This document shows positions 9,481 through 17,893 of a DNA stretch of 64,000 nt, piece after piece. Where the stretch lies: the NCBI GenBank assembly GCA_963719365.1, contig OY970380.1, positions 1,873,295 to 1,937,294 on the forward strand, in the 5' to 3' direction. The DNA comes from Thermoanaerobaculia bacterium. Its GTDB lineage: Bacteria > Acidobacteriota > Thermoanaerobaculia > Gp7-AA8. The notes under the pieces were generated by a model, which had not been told where the DNA came from, ran no database searches, and was given only the letters and a program-made list of their open reading frames with translations. Every line of letters starts with the position of its first letter. Position 1 is the first letter of the stretch. The position numbers were made by a program, and so were the translations under genes.

Positions 9481-10935
9481 ATGCCATTCATCGGACTCCT
9501 TCTTTTCGCCGCAGGTACCATTCTCACCCCACCCCATCTGATCGCCGAGGCTCCTCGGGCGGGTCATACGCAGTCGTATCAGATCGAGTCGTCGATCCTC
9601 GGCGAGACACGCCGGGTCTTCATCCACTTGCCGCCCTCGTTTGACAAGAGCGCCCCATCACGCCGCTATCCCGTAACGATTGTGTTCGATGGCGAATGGC
9701 TCATGAAACCGGTCGTCACGGTCAGTAATGTGCTCATTGAGGAAGGCCAGATCCCCGAGTCGGTCATCGTGGCCGTACACAACACGAGCGGCGAAACCCG
9801 TCTGCGCGATCTGACGCCGCCCGGCGTCTCGGTCAGCGGCAGCAGCCTCCACGAAGGAGGCGATCGCTTTCTCCACTTCATCGAGCGCGAGCTGTTGCCA
9901 GCACTGGACTCTCAGTTCCGGACTGGGGCGCCCCGAACGCTGGTGGGCACATCGTCCGGAGGCTTTCTCGCTACATACGCGGCCTCGACGCGGGACACGT
10001 TCCGTTTCATCCTGGCGCTCGATACGCCGGCGCAGCTCGAAGACGGCTGGCTCGCGAAGAAGTTCCAACAACGCGCGGCATCCCGGAACGCAATGCCGCT
10101 GCACTTCGCCGCCATCGACGCGCTCTATGGATGGAAGGACGAGGCCTGGAGGCAGGTAACTTCCAACGCCCCGTCAACCTGGAATCTCTACCGCGAGCAC
10201 GTGCCTCACGAATCGCATACGTCGATGCAGTTCATCGGCGCGTACATCGGGTTGCGCGAGCTCTTCCGCGACTATTCGATGCTCGCGGCGCCGGATTGGC
10301 CGACGACAAGCATCCTCCCGTCGTACGACAAACTGACACCTTCGTATGGCGCAGCGATGACGCCTCCTGCGCCACTGCTGACGCGTGTCATCGAGGATCT
10401 GCTGATCGAGGGCCGCGGTTTAGAAGCGCACGCCGCGCTCAATCGATTGACTGAGGACTACGGAGAGCCGGCCGGAGCAGCGGCGCTGCAAGCACAGATC
10501 GCCGGCGTTCTGCGCCGCCCTCCGCCAACCGAAACAGTCGAGAGTCTTCTGGCGACGCCATTCCCGACGGCAGAGGAAATCCGCTCATACCTCGGCGACT
10601 GGGACGGCGAGAGCTGGATCAACGCCGAGTCGAAAAGCAAGGCGTCCTTGCATCTCGCCGTCGAAGGAAACAAGGTTGCTGGAAGTTGGATCTCCTGGCC
10701 GGAGCCCGAAACGAAGCTGGAGACGCCGCTCCAATACCTGCAAGTCACGAAGTCGGGGCTGACATTCGGCTTCATGAACGGGATGCGTCCCCGCGGAATG
10801 CTGCTGCACGAAGCCCGGCTCGTGAACGGCACGTTGACGGGAGAGATGCGGTTCGGCGGAGTGAGCTTCGTGCCGCCGCCCGGCCTGGAAATGCCCGCGT
10901 TTCGATTCGTACTGCGAAAACGTGTAAAGCCGTGA
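9481..10935 (+). CDS. Secreted alpha/beta-hydrolase-fold esterase (IroE/Fes-like) with C-terminal extension
   Basis: Signal-like N-terminus; motifs YPV..FDG, RDLTP and nucleophile GTSSGG. Start uncertain (9445 or 9481). Confidence 0.8.
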   Translation: MPFIGLLLFAAGTILTPPHLIAEAPRAGHTQSYQIESSILGETRRVFIHLPPSFDKSAPSRRYPVTIVFDGEWLMKPVVTVSNVLIEEGQIPESVIVAVHNTSGETRLRDLTPPGVSVSGSSLHEGGDRFLHFIERELLPALDSQFRTGAPRTLVGTSSGGFLATYAASTRDTFRFILALDTPAQLEDGWLAKKFQQRAASRNAMPLHFAAIDALYGWKDEAWRQVTSNAPSTWNLYREHVPHESHTSMQFIGAYIGLRELFRDYSMLAAPDWPTTSILPSYDKLTPSYGAAMTPPAPLLTRVIEDLLIEGRGLEAHAALNRLTEDYGEPAGAAALQAQIAGVLRRPPPTETVESLLATPFPTAEEIRSYLGDWDGESWINAESKSKASLHLAVEGNKVAGSWISWPEPETKLETPLQYLQVTKSGLTFGFMNGMRPRGMLLHEARLVNGTLTGEMRFGGVSFVPPPGLEMPAFRFVLRKRVKP

Positions 10936-10949
10936 GCGCCGCAGGCACG

Positions 10950-11837
10950 CTAACGCAGACTGTCAGCCGGCGCTTGCCGCGGCGCCAAGGCCATCGACCT
11001 GTTCGGCGGGAGGCGGGAGCGGCGTTGCGGTGTTCCCGCGGACGGGCCTTCGATCTTGTAGCGGATTGCTTCGGTCATGCGATCGGCCATTTCGCTCTGC
11101 GCATCGACCCAGTCGCCCGGTGGTCCGGCGAAAACGTCGGCCCATTGCACGGAGCCATCGCGCGCGTCGCGCATCCGCATCGTGACGCGATACTGCGCGG
11201 CACTGCGATCCACACGCCCTTCGACGCGCCAGAGCGCGTTCCCACCGGCAGAAGGACTCGCGGCCAGATCGATCACAGGAACCCGCGATCGGAAGGAAAG
11301 GCGGCTGACGATCTGAGAATGTAGGGCGGCAGCCCACTGCTGTTCCCCCTGGGGTGCCGTGAGCGGCGCGACGGCGATGGCGCGCTCAACACGTCCATAG
11401 CGCCCCCCCCACACGCCCAGCGCAACGAGCAGTACCGCTGCCGCAGCGAGAGACACGTTGCGCACCATCGAGTGCGATGAAGAAGCGAGAGGAAGAGGGG
11501 GACTCTCAGATTCATGGGGAAGGCGGAACCGGTAGCCTCGCCCGCGCAACGTCTCGAGAAATTGCGGTGAGCCGGCCATGTCTCCCAGTGCCATGCGGAT
11601 CTGACTGATGCAGTAATTCAGCCCTCGATCGAAGTCGACGAATGTATCGTCATTCCAGATCGTCCGGCGCAGCGCCTCACGCGAAACTAGTTCGCCGGCA
11701 TGCTCCACCAGAACGACGAGCACACGTGCCGGCTGGTTCTGCAGCTTGACGAGCACGCCTTCTTTCCGCAGTTCGAGCGTGTGCAGATCGAGGCTGAATG
11801 CGCCGAAGGAAACGACTTGCTCGTTGGGAACCGTCAT
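10950..11837 (-). CDS. CadC-like winged-helix transcriptional regulator with one TM helix and a TolB-N-like domain
   Basis: OmpR-type wHTH (FGAFSLD...LVSREALRRTIW...ETLRGRGYRF), then a TM helix; GGAGAGAGG SD before ATG 11837. Confidence 0.85.
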   Translation of the reverse strand: MTVPNEQVVSFGAFSLDLHTLELRKEGVLVKLQNQPARVLVVLVEHAGELVSREALRRTIWNDDTFVDFDRGLNYCISQIRMALGDMAGSPQFLETLRGRGYRFRLPHESESPPLPLASSSHSMVRNVSLAAAAVLLVALGVWGGRYGRVERAIAVAPLTAPQGEQQWAAALHSQIVSRLSFRSRVPVIDLAASPSAGGNALWRVEGRVDRSAAQYRVTMRMRDARDGSVQWADVFAGPPGDWVDAQSEMADRMTEAIRYKIEGPSAGTPQRRSRLPPNRSMALAPRQAPADSLR

Positions 11838-11905
11838 CCTCTCTCCATTATCGGCACCAACTTGACCAAAGGAAGCATCATTCCGACGCGCGAGACTCAC
11901 CATCG

Positions 11906-11939
11906 CCCTTCACTCTTCTAACTTCACCCTTCACTCTTC
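11906..11939. repeat. Family B heptamer repeat, right arm (inverted relative to 9345-9384)
   Basis: cccttcactcttctaacttcacccttcactcttc. Confidence 0.8.
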
Positions 11940-11978
11940 CGCTGTGTTAAGTTCCCACGCCGCATTGACGGGAGAACC

Positions 11979-13379
11979 ATGATCAAATTCGGGACCTCGG
12001 GATGGCGTGGCATCATCGGCGAGGATTTCACTTTCAACAACGTCCGGATCGCCAGCCAGGGCATCGCCAACTACCTCAAAAAAGCAAATCTGAAAGGGAA
12101 CGGCGTCGTCATCGCCTACGACACGCGCTTCCTCTCCGAAAAGTTCGCGTCGGAAGCGGCACGCATCCTCGCCTTCAACGGCATCCAGGCTTACCTTTGC
12201 ACGCGCGACGTTCCCACGCCCACTGCCGCGTTCGAGACCGTCCGCAGAAAAGCAATCGGCGCGATCAATTTCACCGCCTCGCACAATCCTCCCGAATACA
12301 ACGGCCTGAAGTTCTCGACGTCGAACGGCGCGCCGGCACTGCCTGAGATCACGAAGCAGATCGAGGAAGAGATCCGCATCGTCGCCGAGACCGGCGAGCG
12401 GATCGATGTCTATGAGAAAGCCGAGCTGATCGAAGAGATCGATCCGAAAGACCGCTACCTCAACGAGCTCAAACAAAAGGTCGACGTCGACGTCATTCGC
12501 AAGAGCGGACTGCGCATCGCCATCGATTCGCTTTACGGCACCTCGCGCGATTACCTTGACTACTTCCTGCTCGAGTCGGGCGTCGAGGTGAAGATCATCC
12601 ACAACTATCGCGACCCGTACTTCGGCGGCTTTTCCCCCGAGTGCAATGAGAAGAACCTCGGCGAGTTGCGCAAGGTCGTCACCGACGAAGGCTTCGACCT
12701 CGGCCTGGCCACCGACGGCGACGCCAACCGCTTCGGCATCATCGACGACCGCAACCGCTTCGTCTCGCCGAACGTGATCATTTCGCTGCTCGCGCTTTAC
12801 CTGAAGCGCAATCGCAAAATCCCCGGCGGCCTGGCGCGGTCCGTTGCCACGACGCATCTCATGGACGCCATCGCGCGAAAGCTCGACATCGAGCTGTTCG
12901 AAACGCCGGTCGGCTTCAAGTACATCGGCGAATTGATCCTCGAGGACAAAATCGCCATGGGCGGCGAAGAGAGCGCGGGCATGTCGATGTACCGCCACCT
13001 CCCGGAAAAAGACGGCATCCTGGCCTGCCTGCTCGTCGCCGAGATGGTCGCGGCAACCGGCAAGAAACTGAATCAGCTCGTCGAGGAGATGTACGCCGAG
13101 TTCGGCTACTTCTACTCCAAACGCATCGACATGAAGCTGACGCCGCAACTCAAAGACTCGCTGGCTCAGAAGCTGGCCAACCCGCCGAAGTCGATCGACG
13201 CCTTCACCGTCCGCGAAGTCAACAAGACCGACGGCGTGAAGCTGATCTTCGACGACAGCAACTGGCTCCTCTTCCGCCTCTCCGGCACCGAGCCGGTGGC
13301 GCGTATTTATGCCGAGGCGTGCAGCCCACGGGATTTGAAGAACGTGTTGGATGCGGGGAAGAAGTGGGCGCTTTCGTGA
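11979..13379 (+). CDS. Phosphoglucomutase/phosphomannomutase family protein
   Basis: Motifs FGTSGWRG, TASHNP, DGDANR, GEESAG and RLSGTEP. Confidence 0.95.
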   Translation: MIKFGTSGWRGIIGEDFTFNNVRIASQGIANYLKKANLKGNGVVIAYDTRFLSEKFASEAARILAFNGIQAYLCTRDVPTPTAAFETVRRKAIGAINFTASHNPPEYNGLKFSTSNGAPALPEITKQIEEEIRIVAETGERIDVYEKAELIEEIDPKDRYLNELKQKVDVDVIRKSGLRIAIDSLYGTSRDYLDYFLLESGVEVKIIHNYRDPYFGGFSPECNEKNLGELRKVVTDEGFDLGLATDGDANRFGIIDDRNRFVSPNVIISLLALYLKRNRKIPGGLARSVATTHLMDAIARKLDIELFETPVGFKYIGELILEDKIAMGGEESAGMSMYRHLPEKDGILACLLVAEMVAATGKKLNQLVEEMYAEFGYFYSKRIDMKLTPQLKDSLAQKLANPPKSIDAFTVREVNKTDGVKLIFDDSNWLLFRLSGTEPVARIYAEACSPRDLKNVLDAGKKWALS

Positions 13380-13382
13380 GAA

Positions 13383-13474
13383 GAAGCGGAATGTTGAATG
13401 TTCACTGTTGAATGTGAATGTTGAATGACACAACCTGATCCCACACCCCACCCCCGACTCCCCACACCCCGACC
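13383..13474. repeat. Composite spacer: TGTTGAA heptamer arm (family C) plus CCCCACA/CCCGACT arm (family D)
   Basis: gaagcggaatgttgaatgttcactgttgaatgtgaatgttgaatg...cccacaccccacccccgactccccacaccccgacc, ending at the next ATG. Confidence 0.8.
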
Positions 13475-13816
13475 ATGAACTACCCCTTCGAGAAACATTT
13501 CCTGGTCTGCATCGGCGCTCGATGCAGCGATCCCGAGCGCGGCGTTGAGCGGGGCGAATGCATTCAGGCGGAGCTCAAGCAACACAACAAGCAGATGAAG
13601 CGAAAGGCCACTGTCCGCGTATGCGCGGTGTCGTGCCTCGACCTCTGCGATCACGGGCCGAACATGATCGTCGACGGCATCGTCTACTCGCACCTCACGC
13701 GCGAAACGGCAGCCGAGGTTTATGGGGGCGTCATGGGCGACGGGCCGAAACGCGATGATCTGCAATTATCCGAAGCCGAGTTTCTCGCTGGCACGAGCGC
13801 GGCGGTGAAGAAGTAG
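13475..13816 (+). CDS. Thioredoxin-like (2Fe-2S) ferredoxin
   Basis: C-x4-C ... CLDLCDHGP motif. Confidence 0.85.
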   Translation: MNYPFEKHFLVCIGARCSDPERGVERGECIQAELKQHNKQMKRKATVRVCAVSCLDLCDHGPNMIVDGIVYSHLTRETAAEVYGGVMGDGPKRDDLQLSEAEFLAGTSAAVKK

Positions 13817-13820
13817 ATTC

Positions 13821-14609
13821 ATGCGCCGGGCTCTCGTCGTCATCGCGTTGCTGCTGGCCGCATGCACGCGAGAGCCGAAAGCGAAATCGTTCGTTCTGGC
13901 GACGACGACAACGGTTCAGGGATCGGGCGTCCTGCCGATGCTCATCGTCGAATTCAAGCGCGACAGCGGCATCGACATCCATCCCCTCGTCGTCAGCTCT
14001 GCGCGTGCTCTCGAGTTCGCGGCGCAGCACGAAGCCGACGTCGCCATCACGCACGATCCCGGCGCCGAGCGGCAGTTCCTCAAAGCGAACGGCGCGAAGC
14101 TCTACCGCCAGTTCATGTGGAACGACTTCATCATCGTCGGTCCGCCCGACGATCCGGCGGATGTCGCGCACGCCCGCAGCGCCGCGGACGCATTCCGCCG
14201 CATTCATGAGGGCCATCGGGTTTTCCTGTCGCGCGATGATCAGTCGGGAACGAATACGAAAGAGCTCGCAATCTGGCGGGCCGCGCTGGTCGTGCCGGCA
14301 TTCAATCCCGGTTACATCAAGATGGGCCAGCCGATGCCGGCGCTGCTTCGTACATCGAGCGAGATGCGCGCTTACACCCTCAGCGACCGTGGCACATTCG
14401 AGCAGCTCGCGGACAACCTGCAACTCCGCCTCCTCTTCGCCGGCGATCCCTTCCTTCGCAACACCTACGCCGTCATCCTTCCCCAACCGTCGGGCAGGCC
14501 GGAATCCGCAAACGCTCAAAGATTCGTCGATTGGTTGCTGAATGGACGCGGACACACCTTGTTGGAGAAGTTCGAGATCAAAGGGAAGCGCGCGTTCCAC
14601 ATGCAGTGA
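13821..14609 (+). CDS. TupA-like tungstate/oxyanion-binding lipoprotein
   Basis: Lipobox LAAC; motifs LATTTT, NDFIIVGP, SRDDQSGT and YTLSDRGT. Confidence 0.8.
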   Translation: MRRALVVIALLLAACTREPKAKSFVLATTTTVQGSGVLPMLIVEFKRDSGIDIHPLVVSSARALEFAAQHEADVAITHDPGAERQFLKANGAKLYRQFMWNDFIIVGPPDDPADVAHARSAADAFRRIHEGHRVFLSRDDQSGTNTKELAIWRAALVVPAFNPGYIKMGQPMPALLRTSSEMRAYTLSDRGTFEQLADNLQLRLLFAGDPFLRNTYAVILPQPSGRPESANAQRFVDWLLNGRGHTLLEKFEIKGKRAFHMQ

Positions 14610-14611
14610 TT

Positions 14612-14675
14612 CACGCGAAGGCGCGAAGACGCGAAGATTTAACGAATTTCTTTCGCGGCTTCGCGGCTTCGCGTG
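14612..14675. repeat. CGCGAAG(A) octamer inverted repeat hairpin (family F)
   Basis: cacgcgaaggcgcgaagacgcgaaga...tttcgcggcttcgcggcttcgcgtg. Confidence 0.85.
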
Positions 14676-14683
14676 CGCAAAAA

Positions 14684-15946
14684 TTAAGGCGCCATGCGCG
14701 CGATCGTCCGTCCCACGCCGTGCGATGCCGTGATCACCGCGGGGGCGTCCTGCACGAACGCCACCTTGCCGTCGGCGCGGGTGGCGTCGGGATTGATGAT
14801 TCGCGATTGCGTCGCGGTGATCATCGATTCCAGCTCCTGCGGCGTCAGGTTCGGATTCTCGGAAAGGAGGCGCGCGGCGATGCCGGAGATGATCGGCGCC
14901 GCAAACGACGTCCCCGAGCGGAGGTTCGGCTTCGTGCCGCGGTAGTGATCGACGGCCGTGATCGAGGCGCTGAAGATTCCCTGCGACGGCGCCAGAATCT
15001 CCAGGCCGCCGTGACACGCGCCCGACCACCAACTGTTGTCCGCCGTCATGCCGCCGACCGTGATCAAGCCGTCGATCTCCTTCCCCAGCGTTGCAGGAAA
15101 ACGGTCGACCACGCCCGCGCGGCCGCAGCCGTTGTCGACATTGTTGCCGGCGACGACGAAGAGAAAGCGCTTGCCGTTCGGATCGGGATGGCCCATCGCA
15201 TCGACGCCGTTGATCATGTCGCGCATCTTCTGCTCGACCGACGCGTACGTCACCGGATTTGCATCGTGATTCGAGGCCAGCTTCTCCAGCACCCATCCGC
15301 TGATGTTGACCACCGCCGTGCGGAACTGCGGCGTCGACGGCTCCCACGCGTGCGAGACGATGCGGTTCAATCCCTCGAGGTAGGTTCGCGTCGTCGCCAG
15401 CGCCAACTCGTTCATCACCCGGATGCTGACAATGAGCGCTTCGGGCGCGACACCGATGTTCTTGCCGGCCACCAGCGACGCCACACTGGTTCCATGCGAG
15501 GCACCGGTCAGTTCATTGATGTTCGAGTAACAGGGATCGAGCGACTTGTTCGCGCTCTTGCAGTTCGATGATCCGATCGTCACGCCGCGGGTGACGTCGA
15601 AGCCGGCGATCACGCGGCTGCCGTCGCCGGCGTCGTTCGCAAACTCCGCGTGCGTGGCCAGGATGCCAGTGTCCATCACGTAGACCACGGTTCCGGCGCC
15701 GAGGTCGTGACGGCGGTAGACGCCGTCGAGGGTGCCGTCGTGCTGATCGATCCGGTCGAGATGCCAGAGCAGATCGGGCGCCGAAGCGTCGCCGCAATCA
15801 GTGAGCTTGGCGGCGTTGTGCGATGCGTCGAGAATGACCTCCGACTCGTGGCAGCGTGTCGACACGAATTCCTGCGCTCCGGCCGCCGCGGGGTAAACGG
15901 CGAGCGCAAAAAGGAAAGCGGCGAACGGTCTTCGCAGCGGGATCAC
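14684..15946 (-). CDS. Secreted S8 (subtilisin-like) serine peptidase
   Basis: Signal peptide; catalytic motifs VMDTG, HGTSVAS and SGTSFAAP. Confidence 0.92.
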   Translation of the reverse strand: MIPLRRPFAAFLFALAVYPAAAGAQEFVSTRCHESEVILDASHNAAKLTDCGDASAPDLLWHLDRIDQHDGTLDGVYRRHDLGAGTVVYVMDTGILATHAEFANDAGDGSRVIAGFDVTRGVTIGSSNCKSANKSLDPCYSNINELTGASHGTSVASLVAGKNIGVAPEALIVSIRVMNELALATTRTYLEGLNRIVSHAWEPSTPQFRTAVVNISGWVLEKLASNHDANPVTYASVEQKMRDMINGVDAMGHPDPNGKRFLFVVAGNNVDNGCGRAGVVDRFPATLGKEIDGLITVGGMTADNSWWSGACHGGLEILAPSQGIFSASITAVDHYRGTKPNLRSGTSFAAPIISGIAARLLSENPNLTPQELESMITATQSRIINPDATRADGKVAFVQDAPAVITASHGVGRTIARMAP

Positions 15947-16020
15947 CTTGATTTTCGGACGTCTTGGACGGACGCGAAATAAGATTCGGGCAAAGCGGGG
16001 AAAATGGCAAGAACTAATTT

Positions 16021-16060
16021 GGGGAGCGGGGAGTTGGGGGTGGGGGGTGGAAGCGGGCAG
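16021..16060. repeat. G-rich heptamer arm (family D)
   Basis: ggggagcggggagttgggggtggggggtggaagcgggcag; shares its gtggaagcgg end with the copy at 54164. Confidence 0.7.
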
Positions 16061-16087
16061 AGTCCGTCTGCGGGCTCTGAATCTTTA

Positions 16088-17893
16088 GTGGACGACGATC
16101 AGATCTCGAAGACCGGCGGGTCAACGATCGGAAACAACGAGGCCGAACCCGCTTTCCGCTCCCATCGAATACCACTTGCTTTACTCGCCTTCGCCATCGC
16201 CCTCGCCGTCCGGCTTCTCAACGCTCCCTACATCTTCGAAAGCGATTCGCCGCGCATCGCGCCCGTCGATGAGGACTACCACTGGAAGCGGATCACCTTT
16301 TCCGCGGCGCATTTTCCGCACGTCCTCGAATTCGATCGCGACCGCGGCATCGGCGGCGCGTTCTGTCCGTGGCCTCCGCTCTACGATGTCGCCGCCGGCG
16401 GCGCCGCGCGACTCCTCGGCGCGACGAATGCCGACGCCGTGCTCGCGAGAATCGTCTGGTTTCCGCCGCTGCTTTTCGCGCTCTTCGTTGCACTCACGGT
16501 CTTCGCGCTGGCGAGCGTCTGCGGTGAGACCGTTGCGATTCTCTGCGGTATCGCGCTTGCCACATCGCCCTTTCTCGTCACGACATCCTGGATCGGCAGC
16601 ATCGATCACCACTACCTCGAACCGCCGCTGACGTTCGCGATCCTCGGCGCCACCTGTCTCGCGCTCCGACGAACCGACCACCGCCACCAACTGATCGCCG
16701 GCCTCCTCCTCGGCATCGCCATCACCGCCGCGATGTTCGTCCAGACAGCGCTGCTCATCGCCGCGGCCCTCGCCTTCGCCATTCTCTTCTTCTGGAGCGA
16801 TGGAATCGCCGCAACGAGCGGCTTCACGATCGCCGCAATCACCGTCGCGCTCTATCGCCTCACCCGCGCGGACGGCTTCCCCGACAACCAATGGTTCCTC
16901 GGCTGGACGCACGCCGCGCTCTTCGCGGGCGCAGCAGTCGCGTGCGCGTTGATCATCCAACGAACAAGCGCCGATAATGCAGCCGAGCGTAGCGCCAGCG
17001 GCTCGCTGGCTGTACCGCCGGCGGCCCGCCGGCGACTCTTCGCCCTCGCCGCCGGCGCAATCGTTTTCCTCGCCGTCCCCACCGCCCTCCCGTCCCTCCT
17101 CACCGGCGCGCACTTCTTCGGCGGCGACCGATGGCTCAAAACCATCCAGGAGTTTCAGCCCCTTTGGCGCGCACACGCTGACGACCTTCTCTCCGCCATC
17201 GCCGGCCTTTCCGGTGGCGTCATCCTCGTCTGGTTCCTCCTCGTGCGCGCGATGCGCACACGCGACCGCACAAAACTCGCTGTCGCCATCTTCGCCATCG
17301 CCTACCTCGGCCTCACCATCACCAGCCGCCGCTTCTGGATCGTGGCCATTCCATTGCTCGCACTCGCCGGAGCGCTCTACGTGCCGATGATCGCGAAGAA
17401 ACGTTGGGCGATCCTCGCCGCGCTGGCGATCGCACTCATCCCACCGCTGCAACTCGCAGGATGGCTGCTCACTCCGATGCCGCCGGTTCCGCCCAACCAG
17501 CAGCAATGGCTCCGCGCCGCGGCGTTCATCAAGCAACTGCCGCCCGGACGCGTCCTCGGGCCGTGGTCGCTCGGACACGCCATCGACGTCGAGGGAAACC
17601 ATCCCGTCGTCCTCGACAACTTCGGCACCATGCCCGACGCGCGCACGTTCGAGCGCGCGCACGAAGCGCTGCTCAGCCGCAACGAGATTTCGCTGGCGCG
17701 TTACTGCGACGCCAACGGCATCCGCTACCTGATCCTCGACACTCCGAAGTTCGGCGTCGCCTCGGCCAACGCAATCACGGGCCAGAATCAGGAGTTGCAA
17801 TCAACGTGGTGGTGGCGCGTTCAGCATGGCGCAGAGCCGCGCCAGTTCCGTCTACTCTGGAGCGAGCCAGGCTTGCGCATCTATCAACGATGA
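16088..17893 (+). CDS. STT3/AglB-like (GT-C) oligosaccharyltransferase homolog
   Basis: Many TM helices; motifs DEDYHWKR, WPPLYD, DHH (16604), TIQE (17141) and PWSLGH (17561), then LDNFG. Start uncertain because the ORF 16004 N-terminus runs through a repeat. Confidence 0.72.
   Translation: MDDDQISKTGGSTIGNNEAEPAFRSHRIPLALLAFAIALAVRLLNAPYIFESDSPRIAPVDEDYHWKRITFSAAHFPHVLEFDRDRGIGGAFCPWPPLYDVAAGGAARLLGATNADAVLARIVWFPPLLFALFVALTVFALASVCGETVAILCGIALATSPFLVTTSWIGSIDHHYLEPPLTFAILGATCLALRRTDHRHQLIAGLLLGIAITAAMFVQTALLIAAALAFAILFFWSDGIAATSGFTIAAITVALYRLTRADGFPDNQWFLGWTHAALFAGAAVACALIIQRTSADNAAERSASGSLAVPPAARRRLFALAAGAIVFLAVPTALPSLLTGAHFFGGDRWLKTIQEFQPLWRAHADDLLSAIAGLSGGVILVWFLLVRAMRTRDRTKLAVAIFAIAYLGLTITSRRFWIVAIPLLALAGALYVPMIAKKRWAILAALAIALIPPLQLAGWLLTPMPPVPPNQQQWLRAAAFIKQLPPGRVLGPWSLGHAIDVEGNHPVVLDNFGTMPDARTFERAHEALLSRNEISLARYCDANGIRYLILDTPKFGVASANAITGQNQELQSTWWWRVQHGAEPRQFRLLWSEPGLRIYQR

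Noticed and set aside
16004-16087. N-terminal extension of the OST-like ORF (similar extensions at 43018, 45958, 52689, 59780, 61506)
   Set aside because: These extensions run through repeats or neighbouring genes; downstream starts have better SD/-10 or signal-peptide support.
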